Source: Octopus sinensis (lineage: Eukaryota). Taken from it: a DNA stretch of 64,000 nt. Below the pieces are notes generated by a model that saw only the letters and a list, made by a program, of their open reading frames with translations, did no database searches and had not been told where the DNA came from. The DNA lies in contig NC_043006.1 of NCBI RefSeq assembly GCF_006345805.1, positions 47,864,001 to 47,928,000 of the forward strand. The letters run 5' to 3'. This document shows, piece after piece, positions 29,175 to 41,051 of this stretch. Made by a program: the position numbers and the translations under genes. Position 1 is the stretch's first letter, and every line of letters starts with the position of its first letter.

Positions 29175-30015
29175 GAACACAGAAAGAAACAAAGAGAGAA
29201 AGCAAAGAATATGTAGTGTCTAGCGCAACGTGAATTTGCTTGCAGAAAAATTACGATCAACATAATTCACCAACCATCATTATGGTTAAAGAATGATAAT
29301 TTTATACATATTGCACTTTATGTTATCGTAATTATAACTGATTCACTCTATATAGTTTTCCTATTATGTTATACTGCAACATTAAATCTTACTTTCATCT
29401 GTCGTTCAGTCAAAGTGTCAAACTGGAATTTTGCACTTTATAAAATAAATTTTTCTAATAGTTTCTCCTTTTTAGTTTGAGAATTTGGTATATTAATGCA
29501 TATAGATGTCCATATATTTTCTTTCACCATAATTTTACTAATTATGTAAATGAATGTACATATGTCCGCTTATCAATACTTCCATAGACAATATCAGTTA
29601 CGCAAACCTCATTATATACATGGAAAGACAAGAGCAGTTAAGCAAACTTTGTTATAAAATATTTGACGGAGATGTATATTTAAGTCAATCAATGCAGCTT
29701 ACGCCAAACATAGACATTCTAATTTCCTCATGAATCCTGTTAGCCCAGCAATAAATACTTTAAGCATAGTCATTTGTTGGAATTGTTAATTGTTTTTGAA
29801 AACTTGAAATTTACTTCTGGCACATCACAAGTTATTCATTTCTCTCAATAAAGAAAATAATCTGCTATATAATTATCAGTTGCTCGATTTCTCCGAAATT
29901 CTAGATAATTGAAACATTAGTCTTCTATCCGAACATTGTCCGACTACACAAAAAGATTCAATTGAAAATACATTTGGAAAGTTATTTCATTTTAATCGAA
30001 AATACATATACACAC

Positions 30016-30565
30016 GTGGAAGCGCGTGGCTTATTTGTTATGGTATCAGCATCATGATCGTAAGATTGTGGTTTCGATTCCTGAACCGGGCGACGCGTTG
30101 TATTCTTGAGCAAAACACTTCCTTTCACGTTGCTCCAGTCCACTCAGCTGGCAAAAATGAGTAACGCTGCGATGGACTGGCGTCTCGTCCCGCTGGGGTA
30201 CACATACGCCATTGAAACCGGGAAACCGAGCCCAAGATTCTGGCAAGGCTTTAAAAGGGCGCATTTATTTAATTGGAGGCGCAATGGCCCAGTGGTCAGG
30301 GCAGCGGAGTCGTGGTCGGAGGACGGCGGTTTCGATATCCAGACCGAGCTTTGTGTTTATTGAGCGAAAACACCTAAAAGCTCCACGATGCTCTGGCAGT
30401 GGGTGGTGGCGACCCCTGTTGTACTCTTTCGCCACAACTCTCACTCTCTATTCCTGTTTCTTGAGTAACGCTGCCATGAACTGGCGTCCCGTCCAGCTGG
30501 GGGGAACACAGACGTCACAGAAACCGGGAAACCAGGCCCATGAACCTGGCTAGACTTGAAAAGGG
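30016..30565 (+). mobile_element. Two adjacent SINEs (variant D at 30016-30262; variant E at 30275-30565)
   Basis: tRNA-like heads gcgcgtggctta..ggtttcgattcc and ggaggcgcaatggcccagtgg..ggtttcgat, with a shared 3' part gaaaccgggaaacc. Confidence 0.85.
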
Positions 30566-30699
30566 CGACGTTTATCGTTACATATAAACACATACACACA
30601 CATCACTGAGTATTATCTAACCATTACAGGAGGTATATGAGTGACAACAGAAATATAGGATATTCATGAATGAACTAGAGGAGAAATTGTAAGGCAAAA

Positions 30700-31482
30700 G
30701 CTTGAGTACCTTCTGGCATGAAAGTTTCTCGTTAAAGTACGCTGTTCTAAATCAAGAAGTTAAAATTAATTGAAATATCATTCCTAATGTTAAGAACAAA
30801 TATTTCTTAAATTACTCATTCCAATTTGGGGACACGGCAAACCAATGGTTGACTTTTGTGTTCACCATCTGCTCTTGGCAGAAAATTTTCTCGTCTGTGA
30901 AAAAGCCTAGCATTTCGGTTGGAGGGGTTGTTTGAGTTTGTTCAAAATCTTCGTAGCGCGGTTCTTCGTAGCTCCTGCCTTTGATGACTTGGGATAAAAA
31001 CTGGCCAATCCTCGTCTTATACGAGAAATACAGAATGTCGACATGCACTGCCTTCTTCATAAGAAACTCAGACACTCCTATGTCTATGGCGATGCACCTG
31101 ACTGACTTGGAGGGATCGTTGTTAATCACGCTCTGGACCTCGCGAACGAATTTAGGATTTCCTTTCTTATCAAGACGATCAGAGTAAGTTTTTCGAATTG
31201 CCGTACTTTCGTAATCACCATTAGACTCATCCAACTGTTTCTGAATCCTCTGCACTGTCCTCAGATTGACACCCAATCACTCTGAAAAGTTAGTATTGGT
31301 GTTTCCGGCAAGAATGCCAAGCAGTACAGCATGTCGTCTCCAGATTTCTTGCAAAGTGAATAGCATCAGACGGTGCCAAACTGAACCCACTATACCGTGT
31401 AGTTGACAAAATCAAAAGAAAGCAGTGCGCATGCGCGAAATTAAAAATATAGTATGGCCTCAATTTACTCATCGCACCTTGC

Positions 31483-31483
<1 letters not shown>
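30700..31483 (-). mobile_element. Decayed Tc1/mariner-superfamily transposon (maT/DD37D-like), 5' part
   Basis: TA|TGCAAGGTGCGATGAGTAAATTGAGGCC end. HTH region WRRHAVLLG...LGVNLRTVQRI...DPSKSVRCIAIDIGVSE and first catalytic motif FFTDEKIFCQEQMVN. Contains stops and frameshifts. Confidence 0.8.
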
Positions 31484-31521
<38 letters not shown>

Positions 31522-31720
31522 CGTGTATGTGTGTGTATGTGTGTGTGTGTGTGTATAAAACTGTCCGACGCACGGGAACGTGAAACTCTGAGTAACAGCT
31601 TTTATATTTCTGCTGCTTTTAAATAAAGCATATTACTCCATCTATGGTATTTGAGTAGTATTTTTTTGCACATTGTTTCACATTTATGTGCTTACTCCGG
31701 TATATATATATATATAATAT

Positions 31721-31772
<52 letters not shown>

Positions 31773-32692
31773 GTGAAATAGAAAGATGAATAATCTTGTT
31801 GCAGATTAATCAAAAGTTTAACCGATACCTTGGTAGCAAAAATCACAGCAGAAGACAGCACGGTTGGAGGTACAACCATATGGTGTTGCAACCGTGTGTC
31901 TCCGAACTCTTCCATATATTGTTCGCCAGAGACCGGATGGTAAACGGACTTTTACAGTCGGCTTTTCGATGCCCCCATTGGCGGCGTTATACCTATCTAG
32001 CTTATAAATAACGCTTATAAATAATACCTGAACCCGGTTACACTACTTATATGAAAATAGCCCTTGGTAAAAAATTCTGAAAAAGCCTGTAGGAGAAATA
32101 TGATTAACCATTGCAAGGGGAATTACTCCTGTGAGATGAATGGGGCTTTGTTTTTTGACGACGGGGGGTTTCTTTGACAAAGCATGATTAGACGAACACA
32201 CGCACACAGAAAATATTTTTCTGCCGCCCGACCGATCTTACAGCAGTGACCATTGTGTAGACCTGTTTACCAACTGACAGCCGCGCGATCAAACGCACAC
32301 ACGTACACATAAAATGTTTTCTACCCCTTGACGGACTTCTCGGCAGTGACCAGAATGTAGCGCTTCTTGCCAACTTGCGCCCGTACACATATATAGAACA
32401 GTAAACACACACATGTCTCTAAGTAGTTTTTGTCTCGCCCCATATAATACATATAATACATCTTATATTCTTTAAATAGTCAGAACTTTACTCTCGGTCA
32501 CAAAGAACATCTACACACCCCGTGCCCTCTCCCACCGAAATGACCGCTGCCTGACCCGTTAAAATCTTCAACGCACCCACCACCCGTTTTCAACATACAC
32601 TGTTAAACAGTTTGGCCATGGGATCTTAGGAGCCTAGTTCGATTTGTTTTGCTCCGCCTCTGTTCTGTTTTTGTTTTTTCCAACTGATTTCC

Positions 32693-32785
32693 TATTTCTT
32701 CCTGAAGAGAAAGACACAGTATGGTCTCATTATTCAATCGGAATTTGGTAAATTGTGCCTTTCGAAACACGTGTAGAATGAAATA
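32693..32785 (+). ncRNA. Type I hammerhead ribozyme motif with canonical core and long stem II insert
   Basis: UAUUUCUUC-CUGAAGA-GAAAG..(45 nt)..CUUUC-GAAA-CACGUG-UA-GAA(U)GAAAUA. Stem II closed by G-C; ACACGUGU palindrome; GUA cleavage site. Confidence 0.8.
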
Positions 32786-32868
32786 AAACGATTTCTGTTC
32801 AATCTTCGTTCAACTCCATTTCTTCAATTCACTAAAAATATATATATATATATATATATATATTCATA

Positions 32869-33079
32869 AAGGATGCGCTGAAAGTTCCTCACTTCGAGAG
32901 TATCGCGAAAGGCCTGGCTGGATGTCCAAACTTTCAAGTTATTTTACAGGGCTTAGAAAAACTGAATGACCGCCGCAATAAATGTGTGAATCTGAGAGAT
33001 GAATATGTGGAATAAAATCATAATCAACTGTTCTTTGTGTATGGCTTCCCAAAGCCAGTAACTTTTCAGCCCCACCTCA
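32869..33079 (+). mobile_element. Mariner-derived MITE
   Basis: TIRs AAGGATGCGCTGAAAAGT / ACTTTTCAGCCCCACCTCA with TA flanks. Retains KLNDRRNKCVNLRDEYVE*, the typical mariner C-terminus. Confidence 0.75.
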
Positions 33080-34394
33080 TATGTATGCATATAAGTATAT
33101 ATATATGTATGAATATATGTGTGTGTACGCATACATATTTTCGCGTAAGCATAGTAGCTATGTATGTGTATTGTACATAGTTTTACTTTAACATTAGTGT
33201 CGTTCCATAATACTACAAATAGGTTAAATAGCAAAGAAAGATGTCTAAAAGCAATTCCTTATATCAGAAAATCAGTGACAAATTAGCCCTTCATATGATT
33301 CGACTTGAAATCATGTTACTGCTGTTTATTTCCACCAGGGGGTATTTCCTTCAGTTACATCATCGTGGGGGAAAATCTTTACAACCCATTGATGCAGTTT
33401 GCAACTGTGTTTATTACATCATTGTGTTTATTACATCATAATTTTCATTAGAATGATGAAACAATCATCATACTTCAGTATGACTAAGTGCAGATATGGA
33501 GCGCTCGTTGTTAGCATACTTAATGTAGTGAGGCAATATATTTTAGTTAATTAAAAATCATACCCCTTATGAAGAGAATGAATAATTAGATTAATTATTG
33601 ATCCTGGAAAAGAAAAAAAAAACTCAAGGAGAATTTCACCATCCCTCTTTGGAAAATAATATTTTATGAAGGGCCTTAGAGAAAGAAAATAGACATAGAC
33701 ACGTTTAACATGGAAACCTAAACATAAAGTTGTTACTGACATATGTAATGATGTCAGCCAATTTATATTATTTAATTAAGATTTCATTCGGTAAATGATC
33801 GAGTCTGTAAAAAATATTAAGTAAAGCAGTACTATTTTGAATATAAAAATTAAAATTTTAAAATCGACTCATTTAGGCAACACAGAGTTGAGTTTTATCT
33901 CGGTGTCACATTGACAATTCCACAGAGGTTTCAGTGTTATTAGATCTCTTTAGTGTGGTGTATTTTCTTTTACTATTACAGCCAGAAAATTAATTTGAAA
34001 GATTTGAAAGAATAGTCATGTGTGTAGCACCGACTTCGAAGTACATTTAGCATAGTGTTAGTTTCATAGAACTGTTTCTATTGCTCATACAGATTGGTAA
34101 TCTAAATAGCAAGGCTCGGAATATGTTGCATGCAACTGCTTCTTGGAGTGTTCTTGCAGGCTCCTTCGTGCACGCCCTTGAAGAAGTTGTCATAATTCCT
34201 GGGATTCGTTGGGGGATGAGCAATTTTTCTTTGTAACCATTCTTGAAATCTAGGCAGGTTCATTTTCTCGAAGTTGAATCGTATTCCCCGAAATTGCAGA
34301 TCTTTTGCTAAAATTTGAAACCATCATCATCTCATCATCATCATCATCCATCATCATCATCATCACCATCACCACCACCATCATTATTATTATT

Positions 34395-34920
34395 GAGAGA
34401 GACAGAGAGAGTCTTGCATGTCATCAAAGTGACACTGGGGTAAAATATATGAAGCCCAACAAACCCATCATGACTGTCCATCTGATTAATGTACACCAAG
34501 CACATACATCACAACCATATGTGCACGATATAGTGATCTCATATCAAGATAAACAGCGATTGACTTTGCAGTGGGGGGAGGGCAGTTGGAATTTTCTTCA
34601 GGTCGAGTGGCCCATCCTGCTCAAACGTTCCCTGAATAAGGGTTGTTGAACGAAATACACATGTTTTCAGAGGGAATAATTCAAACCCCAAAGAATTCCT
34701 CTCAACATGTGGCTACGATGCTTCTCCACTATTCCTACTCATGATCAGAGCTTCACGTATCGTCAGCCATTAATAGCGATGCTCAGCTGGATAAGGGCAA
34801 ACAACGGACAAGCAAATCAGTGGTCTTGAACAGAATATTTGCTGTAGCCCATCTTTTATACCAAGACAAAACATGTACATGATGACACTTCCAAGCAGTT
34901 AAGATCGGAAGCCATAAGTA
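34395..34920. repeat. Probable dispersed repeat (retroelement UTR-like), family unassigned
   Basis: Higher-GC non-coding block that resembles an abundant octopus repeat from memory. Only one copy in this window. Confidence 0.35.
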
Positions 34921-34924
34921 TTCT

Positions 34925-35140
34925 TAAGGTGGCGAACTGACTGAATCGTTAGTGCGCCGGACAACATGCTCACCTCCTTTTCGTCCGTCTTTACGGTCGT
35001 TCTGAGTTCAAATTCTGCCAAGAGGGATTTGATTTTGGGGATCGATAGAATGAATACTAACTAAGTACTGGAGTTGATGTATGCGATTTACCGTCTTCCC
35101 TGAATTTGCTGGTCCTGTGCCAAAATTGGAAGCCATTATT
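34925..35140 (+). mobile_element. SINE family B (type-1 tail)
   Basis: ggcgaactgactgaatcgttag...gttctgagttcaaattctgcc...gtgccaaaattggaagccattattatt. Confidence 0.75.
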
Positions 35141-35327
35141 ATTATTGTTATTCCTGTTTTTAATATTTTTCTGGCTGTTAAAGAAACACGTTTCTTATTA
35201 AACTGTTGCATAAACACTTCTACCTGAAAATGTGTTCCACAGTATTAAAATAGCGGAAAATGCATTAATTCCTTTGGTAACATTCTACTTTATTAGAAAC
35301 GTGCTATCCCCATTTTACCTACTTCAG

Positions 35328-35397
35328 CTACCTCTAAGCCAGACTGCAATTATATTCATCCTAATTACTTTGGCATCCGATTAGGAGGCTGGCAGAG
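35328..35397 (+). CDS. Isolated candidate internal exon (xTSKPDCNYIHPNYFGIRLGGWQx)
   Basis: Acceptor ccccattttacctacttcag, donor AG|GTAAGT, one open frame. No homolog recognised. Confidence 0.3.
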
Positions 35398-36730
35398 GTA
35401 AGTTCACGTAGATGTTTCTCTGTCTGAATGGCACAGTCATTAGCCGATCAAATTAGAAATTTATTATCAATCCAACAACTGTAACAACCAGAGCCTCTAT
35501 TTAGTCATTGCAAATATCTGTATCTGGTCATTCCACCATCAGAAGCATATCAAACCTTGCCCTAGCAGCATTAGAGGGACACCTTGGAGTATCTAGTCTG
35601 AAAGAAAACAGAACATGTACGACTAGAATGTTTCGTTTTTTTTATCATAGGCTTAGTTCTTCAAGGCCGATCTGAGGTTAAGGAACACCTACATAAACCA
35701 TAAATACTACTAAAATAAAAGAAAATGTAGGAGAGAAATCCTTCAACAATGTTTTGCGTAAACAAATATTGAAAAAAGAAAAAGTACTGATTGAGAAAAC
35801 AAGCTGAATAGAAGCGCAATTTAAATATTTATCTACGGCATCTCTCAGTTACTTTTATTGAGTCAATTTGATGATCCGGCGCAACTGAAGCGAAAATAGA
35901 CTCCTTGCCCAAGCGATAAGCAGTTTGAAATAGAAGTAGATCGACTTTTCACTTCAATATTTGTACAAAACGAAGTAGACCGACAGTGAATTTGACTTCA
36001 CATACACACAGAAACACACATACACACACGCACAGACACAAATATATGTATGCCATATAGACAGGTTTCCTTACACCAGTATATCTCATTATCGCCTCTG
36101 TTTACTTCAGTTTGATTTCCATTCTTTAAGCGTGTTTATAGAACATGTCTGTTATACGTGTTTGTAGAAACAAACCTAAATTTGAAGTCTTACAAATAAA
36201 ACAGTTCGTCTACCACCATGAAAAAAAGCCGGCGGTTTGGATGCAGTTTGTAAACTTCAGATAAATACATGCGTACAAGCATAAGCACGCACGTATAAAA
36301 ATAACCGCATACACACGCATGCACGTGGATACGTATATATTCAGATGCACACACTTCTACTCATATACGCACGTACATATATATGTGCGTTTGGGTGAGT
36401 GGGCGTATGAGCGATACCGTGACTTCTTTATATGGGGCATCACTTCTGTAAGACTTCTGTTTACGTGCATCTTTGGGTCTTTGTTTTCTAATAATGGAAC
36501 ATACACTCAGCCAGCACTACTCACCGACACACAAATATATAAATACAAGCATATATGTGTATATATATTTATATATATATATATATATATATATAAGTAT
36601 ATAAGCCACACATACACAATAAATGTTATTCGCAATAAATGTGTTTCGTGGCCTTCTTTCGTTTGTCCACTCGTGTATTTATAAATATGCGTTGTGTGTA
36701 TACATATATATATATAGTATATATATTATA

Positions 36731-36766
<36 letters not shown>

Positions 36767-36849
36767 AATATACATATATATACATATATATATAACATAT
36801 ACATTATATATATATAAACATACATACATATACATATATATTATATATA

Positions 36850-36921
<72 letters not shown>

Positions 36922-37095
36922 TAATACAGTGTACATTTAAACACATAAGACATCCACTCATGGGATTCAATACGCTAGAAAAGACCAGCTAGGTTCTATA
37001 ACCACAAAATTAGGGATAAAATTCGACAGGAACGAAATGAAATAAAAACAATAATATGAAAATAATATATATGTATAATATATATGTATATATAT

Positions 37096-37156
<61 letters not shown>

Positions 37157-37165
37157 TACATATTA

Positions 37166-37208
<43 letters not shown>

Positions 37209-37240
37209 TAGATAGATAGATTGGTTGATACATACATACA

Positions 37241-37274
<34 letters not shown>

Positions 37275-37492
37275 GTTATATAGATATGCGTGTGCGTGCG
37301 TGTGCGTGAGAATGCTTCTACGTCTCTATATATTTCTGTGCGTGTGTGTTTTCTGTCTGTGTTTATGCCCACCCCCGCACCCGGCACATGTATCTCCTCA
37401 GCTCGACAACCGGTGTTGGTGTATTTATGTTTCTGTAACTTACCGGTTCGACACTGAAGCCTATAGAACAAGTACTGGACATAAAAGAGAAA

Positions 37493-37526
<34 letters not shown>

Positions 37527-37643
37527 GCAGAACACTTTCCATACAATAACCATCAGAGCATCACAACAAATCACAGCACATACCCAAGGCACACAGAGCT
37601 GCGCTCGGTAGTGAAGTGAAAGCACGCTATAAAAATAAAACTA

Positions 37644-37709
<66 letters not shown>

Positions 37710-38049
37710 TAGTGGGGTCAATCCATTCGACTAAAAATTTTTCAAGGTGGTGCCCCAGCATGGCCGCAGTCTTATGACTGAAATAATTAAAAGGTAAAAG
37801 ATAAATATACAGACCCGTGTTTGTTTGCGAGACTTGTTAATGTGTATTTTGTCTAAAAGCCTTTTATGCTCTACAAACAGGGACCGATAAAAGAGATAGA
37901 AAATTAAAATTTGCACAGGGATCGATAAATGTCGTTAAAACCCTTAAAAGTGGTGACCCAATACGGCTGCAGCCAAACGCAACTAGTAACAGAATAATAG
38001 AGTATTTCATCTCGCATTAAAATAATTTCTTTCTTTTCTTTTCGCCCTG

Positions 38050-38322
38050 TTCAAGTCTAGCTAGTCTCATGGGCCAGGTTTCCCGGTTTCTGTGTTGTAT
38101 GTGTTCTCCCCAGGTGTACGGCACGCCAGTCCATCGCAGCGTTACTCAAGAAATAGGAAGAGAGAGTGCGAGAAAGTTATGGCGAAAGAGTACAACTGGG
38201 GTCGTCATTACCCCCTGCCGGAGCCTCGTGGAAATTTAGGTGTTTTCGCTCAATAAACACACATTGCCGTGATCCTCCGACCGCGAGTCCGCTGCCCTAA
38301 ACACTGGGCCATTTCGCTTCCC
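38050..38322 (-). mobile_element. SINE variant E
   Basis: Reverse complement matches 50540-50832. Confidence 0.8.
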
Positions 38323-39244
38323 ATTAAACTAAGTTACAGATTAAATGTATTGACGCCCGCCATATTTGGGATACGACGTAGTTAATTCACTTTCGTAACA
38401 GATTTGTTTTCCAACACCGAAGATGTACACATATTTATTTATTTATTTATTTATTTATATAATTGTTTCTTTGTTTGTTTGTTTATTCATTTATTTATTA
38501 TCATGGTTATAGTTGTATTAGTATTTTCTTTTATGTTCAGTCAAATATGGGATGATAGTCAGTCACACAGTTTTCCGTTACCAAACATTGACATCTCTAC
38601 ATCTGTTCATCGATCGCCACCACTACCACCACCACCACCACCACCACCACCACCACCACTAACCGACCACATCACCACCATCTCTATTTTTTGACTCATG
38701 AATTTGAGTCATTATTTCCATTTTACAATATTAGCATTCAGAAACTACGATGCCTGATGTCGTCATTGTCAAACATATGGAAGAAAAAAAGAGAAGAAAC
38801 CACCACAGCAACAACAAACACAAGGCGTAAATTAACAGCCGCAACAGCAGCAGCAGCAGCAATTAAGAAGAAAAAAAAAACAAGTAAAAGAAAACGTAAA
38901 AAACGCAGACGATACAATAGGAGGAATAATAGTACGCGTAATAACGATAGTAAAGTGCAACTATTGTAATAGTAACTAATAGAAGTGAACAACCAGTACG
39001 ACAAAAAAGCCCACATTCTCTTGGCTGAGTTGGAAATTAGCTTAAGAACGATGAGAGTAGAAAGAACGAAACTAACCAATGTATTACTGTTACGTATTTT
39101 GATAGTAGAGAGAAATACAATTGTTTATGTAGACATGGCGAAAGAGGTTTCAAGAAGTGAGATCATCATCATCATCACCATCATCATTAATATTATTATT
39201 ATTATTATTATTGTTATTATTTATCTATTTAAATATTTATTTAT

Positions 39245-39658
39245 TTGTTTGTTTCAGTCATTTGACTGCGGTCATGCTGGAGCACCGCCTTTAGTCGAGC
39301 AAATCGACCCCAGGACTTATTCTTTCTTAAGCCTAGTACTTATTCTGTCGGACTCTCTGGCCGAACCGCTAAGTGACGGGGACGTAAACACACCAACATC
39401 TGTTGTCAAGCGATGTTGGGGTGGGGGACAAACACAGACACAAAAACATATACACACACACACACATACACACACACATATAGATCGCTAGCCACTACAC
39501 ACATTTTTTCACTCCTTGTTTCTTTCTGTGTTCCTTTCTGTGGAAGAGCGTAGGCTCGAAACGTTAAAGACTTTTTCAATGCCCAAGCATTATACTAATA
39601 CATCTGTTTGTTTTCTACACCACGTGTGTTCGTCTTTTGTTTTTTTGTGAATTCTCCC

Positions 39659-39723
<65 letters not shown>

Positions 39724-39860
39724 TCGTTTCCGCCTACTAAATCCACTCACAATGAGGCTATAGTAGAAGACACATGCCCAAGGTGCCACGCAGTGGGACT
39801 GAACCCGGAACCATGTGTTTCGTAAGCAAGCTATTTACCACAAAACCTCTCCTGTGCCTA
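39245..39860 (-). mobile_element. SINE family A interrupted at its (CA)n linker by a pLTR-like repeat (39482-39660, + strand)
   Basis: SINE tail half at 39245-39480 and head half at 39725-39860. Confidence 0.8.
39534..39569 (+). ncRNA. Minimal hammerhead-like motif with CUGUGGA core
   Basis: CUUU-CUGUGGA-A-GAGC GUAG GCUC-GAAA-CG-UU-AAAG. Confidence 0.6.
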
Positions 39861-39862
39861 TG

Positions 39863-39897
<35 letters not shown>

Positions 39898-40039
39898 TAG
39901 TAGTAGTAGTAGTAGTATTGTTGTTGTTCTTATTATTATTACTCTGGCGCGATTTGGCAGAATTGCCAGCAGGCCCGGCAGAATTGCTTGCACGTCTGCG
40001 AATCGCTATGATATGGGTTCAAATTCCGCCGAATCAAGG

Positions 40040-40310
40040 TATTTTTTTCTCGATCATCTCTGACAACTATATCTATGACGTGGTTGCTTCGTCCTTTTCT
40101 GAGATCTTTTAGGGAGTGTGCCTGTACCATCGTCATTGTGTTGTTATTCTATAGTGTTGGCATAGCTTCCAGTGTATACAGGTCTCAAATCTGTCATACG
40201 TGTGGTTATAGTCTTTCTTAGCCAGGACTGGGTAGCTAGCGACAATATGATTTATTGTTTCTCCCCCCCCATCACCACATATTCTGCAGTTAATTGTAGT
40301 GTTTATCTTC
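40040..40310 (-). pseudogene. Relic of an RLE-type non-LTR retrotransposon (R4/Dong-like) C-terminus
   Basis: CRICGDGGGETINHIVASYPVLAKKDYNHTYDRFETCIHWKLCQHY (decayed CCHC knuckle plus RHD..IHW.LC motif), then RWYRHTP and a frameshifted IDIVVRDDREK (PD-loop relic). Confidence 0.75.
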
Positions 40311-40311
40311 C

Positions 40312-40760
40312 TTATTTCTTTATTGCCCACAAGGGGCTAAACATAGAGGGGACAAACAAGGACAGACAAAGGGATTAAATCGATTGCATCGACCTAAGTG
40401 CGTAACTGGTACTTAATTTATCGACCACGAAAAGATGAAAGACAAAGTCGACCTCGGTAGAATTTGAACTCAGAACGTAACGGCAGAAGAAATATCTATT
40501 TCTTTACTACCCACAAGGGGTTTAAACATAGAGAGGACAAACAAGGATAGACAAACAGATTAAGTCGACTATATCGACCCCATGGCATAACTGGTACTTA
40601 TTTAATCGACCCCGAAAGGATGAAAGGCAAAGTCGACCTCGGTGGAATTTGAACTCAGAACGCAGCGGCGGATGAAATACCTATTTCTTTACTATCCACA
40701 AGGGGCTCAACACAGAGAGGACAAACAAGGACAGACAAACGGATTAAGTCGATTACATCA
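40312..40760 (-). mobile_element. Tandem trimer of headless SINE family B units (type-2 tail)
   Basis: Units of about 180 bp, each beginning tatttcttta(ttg/cta)cccacaagg. Confidence 0.9.
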
Positions 40761-41038
40761 CACACATACATACATACACACATACACAAACACACACAAA
40801 CACACACACATATATATATATATTTGAGTGCACGTACATATATATGTATTCATACACATAAGCAAAGCAAATTTTGTTTGTATCTTAAATGCGTGTGTGT
40901 ACATTTATACATATATAAGTGTGTATAAATAACATTAATATTGCTGTTGTAACCGGCGTAAATATTGTTGTATATATTACAGCTGCTTTCTTTGCATACG
41001 TTTCGTTTGAAGTCACTACAAGGAACGAAGTTACTTAC

Positions 41039-41051
41039 ATCGCTTATTACC
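41039..41051 (-). CDS. Candidate 13-nt microexon
   Basis: tgcccttatttgtctttccttag|ggtaataagcgat|gtaagt. Confidence 0.25.

Noticed and set aside
31796-31990. Possible Helitron helicase relic (RLIKSLTDTLVAKI)
   Set aside because: Similarity is too weak and the diagnostic FP..L.FA.T..K motif is absent.
34090-34293. 68-codon minus-strand 'terminal exon' KDLQFRGIRFNFEK...
   Set aside because: Its acceptor and first about 15 codons lie in an orphan SINE type-1 tail (34270-34325), so this exon boundary is not credible.
40312-40760. CRISPR-like repeat-spacer array
   Set aside because: The units are whole SINE bodies without unique spacers, and the context is eukaryotic.
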